A stretch of 58,774 bases of DNA, filler included, from Asterionella formosa (GCA_002256025.1; 4 parts of 4 records of this genome joined end to end with filler, not necessarily neighbours in it); one strand, 5' to 3'. Shown: positions 11,863 through 24,371, counted from the first letter of the whole stretch. The notes: generated by a model from the letters alone, not told the origin. Numbers and translations: made by a program.

Positions 11863-14511
11863 CTATGTACATCGCATGTTGTCAAGATAGGGCTCGATCA
11901 TCTTGGCAATGTCGACCAGCTTACCATCTTGCCTTGGTTGCTCCGTCGTCAAGCTCGAGAAGGCCATACCATAGGCTAAGTTTTCTCGTGTTACAGCGAC
12001 AGAGGCATATACAGCTTCGCCTAATATCAGTCGCAAGCGCAAAGCTTCATTGTATGCACGAGTAGCGTCATCGAACTTCCTCCTTTTAACCAAAACAAAT
12101 CCGAAATTGCATAGCACTGTCGCAAGAGCAGCTTGAAGTGGCGCCCCGCCAGTGAACGATGAGTTGCGCAGAATTTCAATTGATTCTTCCAAGGCTTTGG
12201 ATGCCGGCAATAATCCGCCGCATTCATAGTGAAAACAGGCCAAGTTGCTGAGAGTTTTGGCAACTTCAGGATGGTTGTATCCCAAAGTCTTCCTTCTTGC
12301 ACGCAAAACTTGTGAAAATATCATGATTGCGTTGTCAAAGTCTTTTCTTGCTGCTTGAATTAATCCCATCTTCGTCAAGGATATCTGTAAATGGTAAAAT
12401 GTGAGTCACTTAAAAAAGATACGAACTAGATTTTGCACAGTTCTGCTTACAGCGACATCCGGGTGTTCGAAACCAAGCGTGGCAGAACGAATGCTAACAG
12501 CGTGCTGGAAGTAAGCGAATGCAGCAGTGTACTTCTCTATGAAGAGCATCACCATCCCTAGATTGTGAAGAGTTGCCGCTACTAAAGGGTGAAGTGTTCC
12601 ATACTTCTTTCTATGAGACCGAAGCGTTCCTTTCAAGAGTTCGAGTACGTCGTCGATCTCGTTGCGCTTTTGGTTGGAAATTGAGGAAAAACTTAGGATC
12701 GCAAAATTTAAAAAAATTCAAAGGCTGGCATAACTTACCTCCAAGTATTCTTTTGCTTGCGTGTATATGTGAGGCAGATGCAAATCAGCATCGATTACTT
12801 CAGTGCCGTCTACATCGATTGGAATTGAGAAACGTGTTGCATGCGTTGCAGGAACAAAAGTGAGTTCGCTTTTGGTCAAACAACTAAAGCTTTCCATGAT
12901 CGTGTCTCGAACAAGTTGGTATGGACCTATTTGATGAACAAGTGATCCAAGATCGACATAGTCACACAAAATGTCTTGTCCGTTTGTTGCTCTCGGCAGT
13001 GGAAGGCCCTCGTCAAAGATCCTTTGTGCACGCCATGCTGGAAATTCAGGAGCCTCTGATACCAAATCCGCCTCGATGGATGAATCTATTCTTTTTGTTC
13101 TAGAAACTCGTTCTTCCGCATTAGCGAGTGATTCGAGGTGCTCAAGTGTTTCCAATATTGCTTCATTCCCATCTTCCAGAACCGATTCTTGCAACAGTAG
13201 GCACTCGTCCAAATGCGATATCGCCTCACTGTAACGCTGTTCCCGTGCTTCGAGAATGGCCAAATTGCTCAAAGTTGTTGCCGTATTAAGAAGTTCCTTT
13301 CGAAATTGACTCGGAACACCCTGAATTTGCTTTCTAAGAGCAATCGACTCATTGAGTGCCCTTTCGGCGGAAACAGCATCTCCTAAATAAATTTGCAAAC
13401 AAGCTATGTTGTTCCACAACAGTGACGCGACAGCTAAGTTCGTTCCAACCTTGTATGCAGCTTCTCTCCATGAAATTAAAGCATTGGCAAAGTCGCTCAA
13501 GCCAAAGTAGGTCAGACCTAGTTGTATTCGAGCAACCAATGCTGATTGCGTGTCGAATGCTGATCGCTGCAAAATTTCCTCGCTGTAATTCAAAGCTTTC
13601 TGCTGCTCGCCTGCCAATAGACTGACCGATGATAGCCGACAAAGAAGTGGAGTTATAAATGAAGGGTTGGACTTTCGTCGACGCAGATCACGTAGCAAAC
13701 TTTCGTAAGTTTCCAGTGCTTTCGCAAAATCTTGTTGATACAGATGTAGTTGAACCACCCCATCAACTACATGTAGGACATTTTCGTCATGACTCACCAA
13801 GAGTGATTCGTCGTCAACTCGAACAGGCAAACTACGTTTTGAATCTCCTATGTTGACATCGTTCTTTGCTGGCTGGACAATGAGTTGGAGGTGCCAATGG
13901 ATAGACCTCTCGAGAACGTCGGTTGGAAGCGGTAGATTCTGTTCAATAAACAGTTTCTGCCCTTGCGAGGCCAAGGTTTCGTTGGATTGAACACTAGGCT
14001 CGTCATCTCTATATATTGCAGCAGTCGGCATCAGCAGTGCTATATATACAAATGACAATAGGGGGCTGCTTCCGTTTCGCTTAAAATTACCAGATGGTAT
14101 TGTCGTTGCGTTCGTCTGCACGTCGGAGTGCGACGCCAAGGCGGAATCCAAAGTATTCGCCGGCGACACACACTGTCTGCCCCACTGCTTCAAAACTGAA
14201 TCCATTTTGACGCTTTCTCCCATCATGCTTTCTTCGTCGTCCTCCGGTATCAAGAGTAGTCGATCAAGTTCCAATGTGCTTGCAGCCAGTTTATCCGCTC
14301 CTTGTGGTTGCTCCACAACGCTCTCATGTAAAGAACTCAAATCGTCACCGTCCATAACGTATTCCCCATTTAAGCAAAGAAACGTGGGGGGTTCCGCAGG
14401 AATCGACGAGAAATCACTATGGTCTACAGACGAGCCGTCGCCTCCCGGTAAAAGAATACTCGACTTTCCGTCGGGCTTTTTGGGACTTCGACGTTTCAGT
14501 AGTCTTCTCAT
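11863..14511 (-). CDS. Multi-exon TPR-repeat protein (kinesin-light-chain-like TPRs)
   Basis: ORFs 12718-14511, 12406-12636 and 11863-12378 carry repeats such as HPLVAATLHNLG and HPEVAKTLSNLA. GTAAG donors lie near 12738 and 12450. Confidence 0.82.
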
Positions 14512-14626
14512 CTTCGATCCTTTGGAAAATTAACGACGTATACTGTCACTTAGTAGGTTCTTTGGATCTAACAGGACCACATTATGAGGCACTTAATGCA
14601 GACTAATGTACTCGTCGGCCTCTCTT

Positions 14627-14726
14627 NNNNNNNNNNNNNNNNNNNNNNNNNNNNNNNNNNNNNNNNNNNNTTAATTAATTAANNNNNNNNNNNNNNNNNN
14701 NNNNNNNNNNNNNNNNNNNNNNNNNN
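14627..14726. other. Artificial contig-joining spacer
   Basis: 44 N + TTAATTAATTAA (stops in all six frames) + 44 N. Confidence 0.97.
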
Positions 14727-15093
14727 TATTATGACTATTCTATTGCTGTTCCAAGTACATCGTTGTCAGCACTCACGCATGTACCTAATCTGGTGGCTGC
14801 GCCGGTATGGTTCGTACGGCGCATGTATGGAGCATCATATGCAGATATTAACAAAGGGTACCAGGTACCTGGTACCAGGGTATCTTTCACAACTCCACTT
14901 GAAAATAATTTTTACTCGTTCTGCTCCGCCTTTTTCAATTTGCTTTCGTCCTTGATCATGCCGCCATCCTTTACAATCGAGACATTGCGACGCGTTATTT
15001 TAGTACATGATACGGATTAGTGTAACTCCTAGTTTGTGACAACTGCTCCTCTTCTTGAGTACCGAGTATAGTTCTGCCTCATTGCAAAGCACC

Positions 15094-16943
15094 ATGAAGC
15101 TGAATTCCCGAGTACAGATGCGCCTCCCCCTCGTCCTTCTCATTTGCCTTCTTGTGCATGATGGCTCTCATGCCTTTTCAATATCAGGTGACTCTAAAAA
15201 CGCCATTATTGTCGGAGGAGGCCCTGTTGGCCTGGCAACGGCATTGACGCTCTCCAACGCCCCCCATTTCTACAATGTCACCCTCCTGGAGCAGACAGGT
15301 GGAACTGGTGCCTATGATCCAACCAAAGCATACATGTACAATATCAATTCAAGGGGCCAAGAGTGGACACGGGAGTTCCCTGCCGTTCAGGCATTATTGA
15401 CAGAGCGGGGGTCTTCCTCGGGCATGTCTGGCATTGTTATCGTACCCGCAGATCCCAACGAGCCGATCCCACCGGAGAAGAGCATGATTGTCTCGCAAGA
15501 GTCAAACAAGGACACGAGCTATTGGATTCCTAGACACACAATGACGGTGCTATTGGAGGAGGTGATTGCGGAACAAGAAACAAAAAGAAAGCAAGGAAGC
15601 CTCAGGGTGGGCAAGGTGGACCTTCTAGTTTCCAAGCGCTTTGAATTGATGCAAACACGAGACGGTCTCGTCGAAGTGACAGTGCAGGATACCAGAGATA
15701 CGAATGTTCGCTTTCAAGAAAAATATGTTGGACATTTTGTCATTGGAGCGGACGGGATAAACTCTGCAGTCCGCAATTGTCTCGCCGACGAGACCGCAAC
15801 GAGTACGACTTGGTTGAATACAACTCCCAAAAGGTTCCGTGTCAAGGCATGGAAGTCTCCAGCCACGGACCTTCGCATTCGAGTGTTGCAGTTTCCTCCA
15901 GGTTTTGAGATTCCTGACGTGGATGGTAAGACATTAAGGACCAACTCGGAAAGATTCTACGCTATTCGATCTGCCTTTAAGGGCCCTCGCAATTTTCTCA
16001 GCTTGGGACTGCTGCCTGTAAAGGATCCGAATTCGGTTCGTCCAACCAATGTCATTACGAGGCCAAATCACGAAATTTGGAGTCTCTCTACAGGAGCAGA
16101 AATGAAGATGTGGTTCACGCGAGCATTTCCTAGGCTACAGTTAGACTCGTTGATTTCTGATCAAGAATGGGCCCGCTTTACAGCAACCAAAGGAACAGCG
16201 TTTCCTCATTGTCAATACTGTCCAAAGCTTCAAGTTTCTCACCCCTCTGGGCAAGTTGGTGTTGCACTAGTCGGTGACAGTGCCCATGCGTTCCCTCCCG
16301 ATATAGGTAAGTGGTTGTGTTGTCGTTTGCCTTTTGTCTTGTTACCTACTTGTGCTGATTCATTCAATTACCACTTCCCCCCGCAGGTCAAGGAATCAAT
16401 GCTGTAAGTACTGTGTGCTTGAATTTTTCGACTGATATTCTTGCATGTGCATTAGCATCATATGGATCAAGTCTAACAAGTCATATTCCTCTTCGTAATT
16501 CGTTCCAGGGCCTGGGCGATGTTTTAGCACTTGATCGAGCCTTGCAAGGCAAAGATGTGTTGACAGGCGAAGACAAAGGTACAAAGCCAGCAAGTTTGGG
16601 TGAGGCTTTGCAAGAATACGAAAACTACCGGGGACCCGAAATTAGAGCATTGATTCGTTTGGCCCGATTCGGATCTCCATATCAATACCGGCAGCCCCTT
16701 CGCAAGGATAGAATTGGAAGATTTTTCTGGACCACCAATGTTGCGCTTCGGTTGATGCTGAATAAATTATCTAGAGGTTTTGTTCCGAAACCTGCCATTA
16801 TGTTGGCTGGGGGAGACAAGTTGACATTCCGACAGGTAATGCGGCGCGCTGATTTGACAACATTCGGTTTGCTTGTTATTGCAGTCGGGCTTTGTTGGAA
16901 TTTATTTCTTGGTGGGCTAGTAGGAAAATTGGTGTTATCATAA
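15094..16943 (+). CDS. FAD-dependent monooxygenase (kynurenine 3-monooxygenase/UbiH-like family); exons 15094-16306, 16387-16403, 16509-16943
   Basis: IVGGGPVG, IGADG and, after splicing, GDSAHAFPPDIGQGINAGLGD motifs. Signal peptide ends SHA-F. Confidence 0.88.
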
Positions 16944-17333
16944 TGCTAACATTGGTTTGCTATACCGGTATCTCAATTCGTCCTGGACGTACGTTGATTG
17001 GAAAACGTTGGAGAAGACAAGCCTATTGCGTACGATAGTCGTAGGATGTGATCTTGAAAAGTAATCCTACTAATTTGTCGGAAGACAGACTGGTATAAGG
17101 TATGTCCTCCGTATAGTATCGACCATCAGCTTTACCAGTACATACATACTATTATCCATCGTCGTCAAAGCCTAGCGTCTGTAGTGCGTACGTTCCAAAT
17201 AATAAATACTGATATCCCGGTATATAAAAAAAAATTACACTTCTACACTATCATCATTATGCATGCATACCAGTACAGTATCCTGCGTAGTTTCAAATCG
17301 ACGAGGACAAATCCAGGAGCAAATACTGCGACC

Positions 17334-20300
17334 ATGGAAATCAACTTTGGAGCACCCTCTGCACCTGCTGCTGGCTCTTCTGCTCTTTCAGGGAACAGCT
17401 TTTCCTTTGGAGGCATTAATCCATCTCCCGCAGCTGGTGTTACAGTGGCAGCGTCGACAGGAGGAGGATTCAGCTTTGGGAACGCGTCGACAACCGCGGC
17501 TCCCTCGGCCTTTGGTGGGTCGACTCCGATTCAAGCAGCTGGTTCTCCCAGTGGTTTCGGCTTTAGCAAAGCAACTCCTGGAGATTCTTATCAGTCTTCA
17601 GGAGAATCCTCTGCTGGTGCTGCTCACATGATATCAGCCGATATTCCCAAATTCGAAACCTGTTTTCCATATCTCAAAGTCAAATCCGTCGTCTCTGAAA
17701 TTCTCCCTGCCATCACACCAGACACGAGCGAAGGCTGCTTGAAAGGAGAAGAGCTCATATATCGAATGCAGATTGGTTCAGAAAATGGTGTCTTTGGCGC
17801 CCTTTTGGCCAATCCTAAACCCCTCAAATTTACACCCGCAGACCTCACTCTGAGACAAAAACTTCAGCAGAACCCACATATCAAGTTGCATGGCCAATCT
17901 GCCACTCTTACACCTGCAATGATGGAAGAAATTGAAAAGCTGTGTAGCCAATTAAGGATATCTGAGCTTGAGGCCATAGCGTTGTATGCTGAAGCTAGCA
18001 ATCCAGTGACTCGTCAAGTGCTGGAAGGTTCCCTCGAAACAAGCTTTGTTGAGAATGCTCTTGTCGACCAACGGAAAATCATACCCCTTGTGATTGGAGG
18101 AAATGTCGTCAAGGCTGCCAAGGAATTATACTTTTGGGAACGCTCTGCATTGTTGAAAGCTCTTCTTCTCTTGATTCAGTCACGTTTAGATGCTACACCC
18201 AAATCTGCTATTTTACTTGCTACCGATCCGCTTCTGAATAGCGATTTGATTGCTAACTTGATTACCTTTGTTCGTGATTCCACAACAATGATTTTCAATT
18301 TGAAAGAAGAAATGAACTCGTCATCATCGAAAGTATCCCTACAGTTTGGTCCTGTCACGAAGGCGAAGCCTGTTTTCGGTAAGGTCCTCTTGGAATTCTT
18401 GGTTCAAGAACGACAGCAAGCGACCGAGTGTCTTTTCTACTTAGGTTATCATACCCAGTGTACTGCTATAGAAGTGGCATTGTTGATTGATGTCGTCAGG
18501 GACTTGACAAATGGACTCGCCAAAGGAGATATTGGTCTTCCAATCCTAGATCCAACTCAGGATGTTCCTGATGTTTACATTAATCAAGATTTGCAGGAAC
18601 GACCTTACGGACACGGATTTACATCGGCGCTACCACCATTAAAAGAAAAGGATCCTATTGTGTGGAGAAAGGATCTCATCGAAAAAACTTGGAACAGTGG
18701 TGTACCCCAGCTTCAACAATGTGTCAGTGTATTGCTCACAACCATCTTGTGCACATTGGATGGACGCACCCAATTGTGGGACCGAAATACTCATAGCCCA
18801 AATAATGTTGGGAATGCACTCTATCTTCAGGGGGAATCATATTCTTCTTGTGACGTCTACAACATTGGGCAGATACACCGACGACTAGACCCCCAAAACG
18901 ACGCCGGAAGGGCATGGAAGCGTCAAGATATCTGGGGCCTTCTGGCTGGCGCTTACGGTGTGTTACTTGTTCCGCTCCACTCAGTTCTGGCTTCGCCAAG
19001 GGTTAGTGGACAAATATCTGTGTCCGGGGAAGCATCACTTCAGTCCTCTGATGTCAGGCGAACGGGGAAGGCATGTTTATCGGCTGCATATGAGAAGAAA
19101 TCGCTTACTTTTGCCAGATTGACTCTGATCCCGTCTTTTCAACGCCATCGCGATGGACCTGACTCTAAGTGTGACTTATACGAGTTTCTTATGTCTGTCA
19201 CTGCGGGCTTCGTGTCACACTACATCGATATCTTAGCGGCCTCTCCTGAATTGCCGGCATCACGAACGATGTGGGAGGAAAACGAAAATGAAAACTTAAA
19301 AGTGCAAAGGGACCAACAAGAGCAGCAACGCCAATTCAACCTTCAATACGGAGCTATCTATGATCCCCCACCCGCGATTCCTCTGCAAATAGACGTATTG
19401 CAGCGCCCAGACTGTATTGATGACATCGTTTTTTTGGCCTGTGTCATTTGCTCAGCAGGACCCCACTTTGCAAGTCGATTTTGGTCGACGGATGACGGTC
19501 GATTTGTTCCCAGTCGCTTGCTTTCAAAACTAGAATTCATGAAAAATCTTGATGATACTCTTGTTCCGGCCTACTTGTCCTTCCTGGCATCATTAACAAC
19601 TGCCGACACGCCCAATACTGGCTTGAACGGAGCCAATGTTGTTCATCAAATTCTATCCGAGCAACCAGCCGCTGATTCAAAACACCCAGTGACTTGGATG
19701 TCTATTCTGACGAACATACGTTGGTACGCCCGCCGATTGGACACAAGATATCAAGCAACGGCGAAGTCGATGTCGAGTTCGTCACCGCCGACGGCAGGCA
19801 GCTATGGGGAGGCATCAACGGCTTACTACTACGGTGCCGAGAACACTAGTTTCTCCGGCAATGGTGGCTATGTAGGCTCGTCGACGACTGCGATCTCAGT
19901 GAAGGATACAGATACAAAGACAACGGAATTAGGGGACGGCAACACTGCCATTCTAATGTCGCATCTCGCGGTCATTTCGCGTGTTGCTGCCGATTCACCT
20001 TCAGCCAGAGTCGCTCTTCTGTCAATGGCACTGCCTATAGACACATCAGGTGTAGCCTCACTTGATGAGGACCCAATTTTACTCGTTCTTTTCTCGCTTG
20101 CCATGGTGGGTCTGACACCGAATGTCCGCGGTGCTGTATTTGCTACTATTGCAAGCCTCCTGCGCATTGAAGGTGCCAATGCAGACGAAAAAAGAATCGT
20201 CAGGGAAATGGCACACAAAGCATGGGAACTTCTCGAGCTCAGCAACATTGTTCCAATAAGTGTCCTTGCACAGTTTCAAGCACCTGGAAGTGTCGCATCC

Positions 20301-23300
20301 ATCCAGGGAATGGCGTTTCCCCCTTCTTCCCTGGCTTTGGCGTCAACGGGAGAACGGAAGTCTATTTTACAACAAGATACAAAATTTGGAATTCTCTTCG
20401 AGATGGAGCACGTTGAAAGTCGAATGGGCTATTATCCATCAACAGAAGGCTTGCTGCAGTTAATTAATGCGCTTATTTCGTCAGTTGGCTGCCCGCAGGA
20501 CTTAGGGAAGTCCGTGCAAGGGGTTACAAGCGGAAGGACTCAGCTAGGCTGCAGTCCATATGTCGAGTACGTGATTCATTTCGTGCTACCAAGGGCTGTT
20601 GGTAGCGATTCTTCAGCTGGTCTTCTCCCCTTTCGCAGCTGCTGTGACCAGGACCGTCTCATTGCGATGGCAATGGAGATTGTTGAGAGTATCATTACAC
20701 ACTATTCAGTTCCTTCCATACGACCTGGATCTCCCATCCCTTTACTTGAAGATGATATCAAGAATCAGAAGGACGCCATCAGCACTGCTTCACAGCAATT
20801 CCGACTTCCATCTTTTGCAAACTCACTGGTGATCGAATCAGAAGAAAGTGAGGTGCAAGGCTATCGTTTAGATTTCATGCCTAGTGCGGAACATAAAAGG
20901 ACTGGTGAAGAATTATCTTCATTTCCTCGCCCCAAATCCCCCGGATATATGATCATTTCTGAAATTTTATCGATCTACTGTGGCGACCTCTTCACTTCTC
21001 TTATTCTTTCCATCGCTAGAGATGGTGCTGATATTGGGGTCCGATCCATTTGCGGCTGGGATGGATACAAAGCCGGAGTTTCCCTTGGCCTGTTTCGTGA
21101 CTTTTGTCCTTCCACTCTGAGCGCCAGGAGCAAATCGGCAGAAGGCGCCCCCGCATCACTTTCGTCCTTTCTTCAGCCGCTTTTCATTAACCTTGACGTG
21201 AAATCAAACAGAAAAATGCTCACGAATGACTCTGTCGTTTGGCGAGAATTGTCGATGTTGCGCTCGCTATTGATTCTATGCGCGGCTGCTGCCCGTGAAG
21301 ATGCATTCATTGCTGCGTCGTCAGGGTGCACGACAATTGTTCCTGTCCTGAGGTTCAAGGCAAAGATGTCATCCATTTCCACCATATCAACGCCATTGTC
21401 AAAGCTAAAGAATTTATTTATAAATTCTCAGGGCTGTAGTACGCTAAAATTCTTGCAAATTTTGACAAGACTCATTGGGTATTCATCCTGCTCGGCTGAT
21501 CAATACATTTTCACTTCAAGCTCAGCTCTCGCCTTAACGGTTTACGCTTGCAATGCCATGTCGCTGGAGGACAGTGTGAGGGTTCTTGGTGGTGCACACC
21601 TTTTTGCGTCATCTGTGTCGTATAGACTGCGCGCTTCAATTGCCCTCCACGCCGAGTCGACTGATCATGCTGAAATTGTCGACCTTATTTTTTCTTTAAT
21701 TGATCAGAGAGGAATTTCTGATGTCCTGCTTGGCTTTTACAGTCCACAGAAAGCCCCGATGCCGCGGATCCCATTGTTGGAGTCAAATGATTGTTTTGAC
21801 ACTGTGCTATCTCTCATACAAGACGAGGCTTTCGTCACAAATCCAGCGACATCACAATTCGCTGCAAAGTGCTACGAGATTATTTATCGCCAAATTTCCA
21901 GAGACGATGCTGTATCAGCAATTGTTGCGAAGAAGCTAAATGATTCTAAATTTTGGATGTCAAATTTGTGGAGATTCTTCGCTTGTCGTGAAGCTGAAGA
22001 TCGATCACTCCTAGGCGCCCTATCTGAGGAATCAGCACACATTTTGCAGTCCACGGCGTGGTTCTTAAAATCTCTTACTTCTTACATTTCGTCCACGCAA
22101 GAATTCGATTTGCTAGAGCTCGTTTCTTCGCCACACTACTTCCTTCTTCAGGCGTTTGACAACATTCCATTGACAACGACTGCTTCGGTAGCAACATATC
22201 CAAATTACTTGTTGCCGATGGTCGATGCAGCAATGATCCCACTCAAGGGACCTGTGGATGTCGTCAGCGGCTACAATGTTGTATCTCAGGCAACACTCGA
22301 GACTAAGCTACTTGATTATAATCCAGGAATGTCTGAGGCAACAATTAATAATATGTTGTCATGGGCTAAAGATTGGAATAGATCTGCTGAATGGGAATGT
22401 GCGACGTCGCATGTATCACATGCCTGCACTTTATTGCTTGAATGTTGCCTTGCTTGTATTTATGACACTCTCGCGGAACCCAGTCTACGGGAAAACACTG
22501 CCGAAGGACAAATTCAACTGCTCACTCTTGTGCTGCAAAGATTGTGCACTGTTTCTGATGCCATTGTTTTGAAATCAACAGCTAGTCATATGTGTACTTC
22601 TGTCTTGTTTCTGGTGGAAAGGTTAGTCTTGGCAAACGACCCTACTTTGGCGGGAGCAGTAGCATATTTCTTTACTTTGATGCTGAGAGCTACCTCTGGA
22701 GCTTTTAGAGAGGATACAAAATCCACAGAAAGTGCTGCCTTATTGGGTGGTGCAATGATCATTCTCTTGTCGATGCATTCCAATTTTGAAATTTCGGAGG
22801 ATCAAAATGACGAAATTGGTAAAGTTATATACTCCTTTGCAACGCTTGGAAGCGAATTAGTAAATGGAATGTGTGTTTCAAACGTTTCTGGAGAGCGAGC
22901 TGCTCTGTCTCTTATCTCGAGAACGTTTCTATCATCCCTTCTGACGCATTTCAACATTCATGAGAATCATATTTCACTGCAGCCCCTCGTGGGGAAGACA
23001 GTCATAGCTCCACTTGTTCGGGCCCTTTCTATGCTGGACGATGATGTCCCATATCTCCTTGCTCAACTTGCCACAATTGACGAAGGTGCTCTTAACTTGA
23101 TCAGATTTGGAATAATGCAGGCACTAGAGAGTGCTTGCCAGGTTTACAAGAAGAAAGAAGCTGAAATTTTGCAGGAGCTCAGCATTGGAGCCATGTCCAC
23201 TTCAGATTTGGTAGGAGTGCCCAGCTTCCTTGGTCGGCATTTTGAATTGCTTGTGACTCTTCTTGCTACCAAGGCTATCAAACCAAGTCTGCGACATGAA

Positions 23301-24281
23301 ATCGCGTCTCAGGCGCTGGTGATCTTTTCTCGTTACATGTTTCTCCTAGAGCGGGCACGACAAACATTCCCACGATATGGCGATATGTGGACAGCATTGG
23401 TCAAATGTTTGTTGCTTAGTGCATCTATTTTGTACCAGCAGGAGCCTTGCTTTGTCCGTCCAAAACATATTGTTTCGCCTGACGAGCTGTTTATCGCTTT
23501 AAAGCAGTTTGTTGCGCCTGTTGCTCTCGATATCCTGCAGCATCCGTTTCCGCAACAATTCCTTATCCCACTCCCACTCAAGCTTCGCAGTGATGATATT
23601 ATACCGCAACGCTCTCAGGATACCGTGCAATGGAACAGCAGGAGGACTTGGTGGCAAGGAATCGAGGAAGAAATGTCAGCGAAAGTACCAGATATGATTA
23701 TCATGCCGCCACCTCTATCATTTCATCGCATTGATGGGACTCAGAAAGGAAAAGGTGATTCGTGGTCGAATTACAAATACGACGTTTGTTTCGACGGAAT
23801 GCGTCTCCTTGATAAATCCTTATCGCTTCTTGCTGGAAAGCATGGGGAATCGTTTTTTCGATTGGACTGTATGGCCCTTGCCCGAGGCCTTTGCTGTCTA
23901 GTTGACTCGTTCAAAGCAATTGAAGGCCGATTGTTGCCTTTTGACTTTTTACATGTTGCTTCAACTACCTCCTCGAATTTGGATGGGATGGAAATCGACG
24001 ACGACAAAGACGGTCAGTTTCGAATCAAAATGGAAAGAGCCTATCTTGTACGGCTACTTCCACTTTTTGAGCGATGCATTGAAAAGCTTCTCCTACTCAT
24101 TAACAACCAATTCAAAGGTATTAAAAGCTCAATGGGTTCAAGTGAGTGGCGGCGCTTTGCAGAGGCAATTCATGTTGTTCTGGACAGGTTTGATTGGGCA
24201 AGCCTGAATATTGGAAAAGATGATTATCTTGCTAAATCGATCACCAATCTTAGAGCATTTGCAAACGAAACCGAAAAATAA
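17334..24281 (+). CDS. NUP205: Nucleoporin Nup205/Nup192-like scaffold protein with an FG-rich N-terminal extension
   Basis: About 2315-aa helical, Leu-rich ORF. GILFEMEHVESRMGYYPSTEGLLQLI and SPYVEYV resemble conserved Nup205 blocks. Five FG motifs occur in the first ~80 aa. Confidence 0.78.
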   Translation: MEINFGAPSAPAAGSSALSGNSFSFGGINPSPAAGVTVAASTGGGFSFGNASTTAAPSAFGGSTPIQAAGSPSGFGFSKATPGDSYQSSGESSAGAAHMISADIPKFETCFPYLKVKSVVSEILPAITPDTSEGCLKGEELIYRMQIGSENGVFGALLANPKPLKFTPADLTLRQKLQQNPHIKLHGQSATLTPAMMEEIEKLCSQLRISELEAIALYAEASNPVTRQVLEGSLETSFVENALVDQRKIIPLVIGGNVVKAAKELYFWERSALLKALLLLIQSRLDATPKSAILLATDPLLNSDLIANLITFVRDSTTMIFNLKEEMNSSSSKVSLQFGPVTKAKPVFGKVLLEFLVQERQQATECLFYLGYHTQCTAIEVALLIDVVRDLTNGLAKGDIGLPILDPTQDVPDVYINQDLQERPYGHGFTSALPPLKEKDPIVWRKDLIEKTWNSGVPQLQQCVSVLLTTILCTLDGRTQLWDRNTHSPNNVGNALYLQGESYSSCDVYNIGQIHRRLDPQNDAGRAWKRQDIWGLLAGAYGVLLVPLHSVLASPRVSGQISVSGEASLQSSDVRRTGKACLSAAYEKKSLTFARLTLIPSFQRHRDGPDSKCDLYEFLMSVTAGFVSHYIDILAASPELPASRTMWEENENENLKVQRDQQEQQRQFNLQYGAIYDPPPAIPLQIDVLQRPDCIDDIVFLACVICSAGPHFASRFWSTDDGRFVPSRLLSKLEFMKNLDDTLVPAYLSFLASLTTADTPNTGLNGANVVHQILSEQPAADSKHPVTWMSILTNIRWYARRLDTRYQATAKSMSSSSPPTAGSYGEASTAYYYGAENTSFSGNGGYVGSSTTAISVKDTDTKTTELGDGNTAILMSHLAVISRVAADSPSARVALLSMALPIDTSGVASLDEDPILLVLFSLAMVGLTPNVRGAVFATIASLLRIEGANADEKRIVREMAHKAWELLELSNIVPISVLAQFQAPGSVASIQGMAFPPSSLALASTGERKSILQQDTKFGILFEMEHVESRMGYYPSTEGLLQLINALISSVGCPQDLGKSVQGVTSGRTQLGCSPYVEYVIHFVLPRAVGSDSSAGLLPFRSCCDQDRLIAMAMEIVESIITHYSVPSIRPGSPIPLLEDDIKNQKDAISTASQQFRLPSFANSLVIESEESEVQGYRLDFMPSAEHKRTGEELSSFPRPKSPGYMIISEILSIYCGDLFTSLILSIARDGADIGVRSICGWDGYKAGVSLGLFRDFCPSTLSARSKSAEGAPASLSSFLQPLFINLDVKSNRKMLTNDSVVWRELSMLRSLLILCAAAAREDAFIAASSGCTTIVPVLRFKAKMSSISTISTPLSKLKNLFINSQGCSTLKFLQILTRLIGYSSCSADQYIFTSSSALALTVYACNAMSLEDSVRVLGGAHLFASSVSYRLRASIALHAESTDHAEIVDLIFSLIDQRGISDVLLGFYSPQKAPMPRIPLLESNDCFDTVLSLIQDEAFVTNPATSQFAAKCYEIIYRQISRDDAVSAIVAKKLNDSKFWMSNLWRFFACREAEDRSLLGALSEESAHILQSTAWFLKSLTSYISSTQEFDLLELVSSPHYFLLQAFDNIPLTTTASVATYPNYLLPMVDAAMIPLKGPVDVVSGYNVVSQATLETKLLDYNPGMSEATINNMLSWAKDWNRSAEWECATSHVSHACTLLLECCLACIYDTLAEPSLRENTAEGQIQLLTLVLQRLCTVSDAIVLKSTASHMCTSVLFLVERLVLANDPTLAGAVAYFFTLMLRATSGAFREDTKSTESAALLGGAMIILLSMHSNFEISEDQNDEIGKVIYSFATLGSELVNGMCVSNVSGERAALSLISRTFLSSLLTHFNIHENHISLQPLVGKTVIAPLVRALSMLDDDVPYLLAQLATIDEGALNLIRFGIMQALESACQVYKKKEAEILQELSIGAMSTSDLVGVPSFLGRHFELLVTLLATKAIKPSLRHEIASQALVIFSRYMFLLERARQTFPRYGDMWTALVKCLLLSASILYQQEPCFVRPKHIVSPDELFIALKQFVAPVALDILQHPFPQQFLIPLPLKLRSDDIIPQRSQDTVQWNSRRTWWQGIEEEMSAKVPDMIIMPPPLSFHRIDGTQKGKGDSWSNYKYDVCFDGMRLLDKSLSLLAGKHGESFFRLDCMALARGLCCLVDSFKAIEGRLLPFDFLHVASTTSSNLDGMEIDDDKDGQFRIKMERAYLVRLLPLFERCIEKLLLLINNQFKGIKSSMGSSEWRRFAEAIHVVLDRFDWASLNIGKDDYLAKSITNLRAFANETEK

Positions 24282-24371
24282 TTTTGATTGCAAGGCGACG
24301 AAGCTAAGTACCGGTAGTAAGGTCGTGATTTCACGGGGTAGATTAATTAAGAATTGGTAATAGATTTGCTT

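Noticed and set aside
14671..14682. TTAATTAATTAA palindrome recurring every ~14.7 kb
   Set aside because: Six-frame-stop linker embedded in Ns; an assembly artefact.
17263..24207. Many overlapping and antisense ORFs of 60-130 aa within long genes
   Set aside because: Expected shadow ORFs of coding sequence with no independent motifs.
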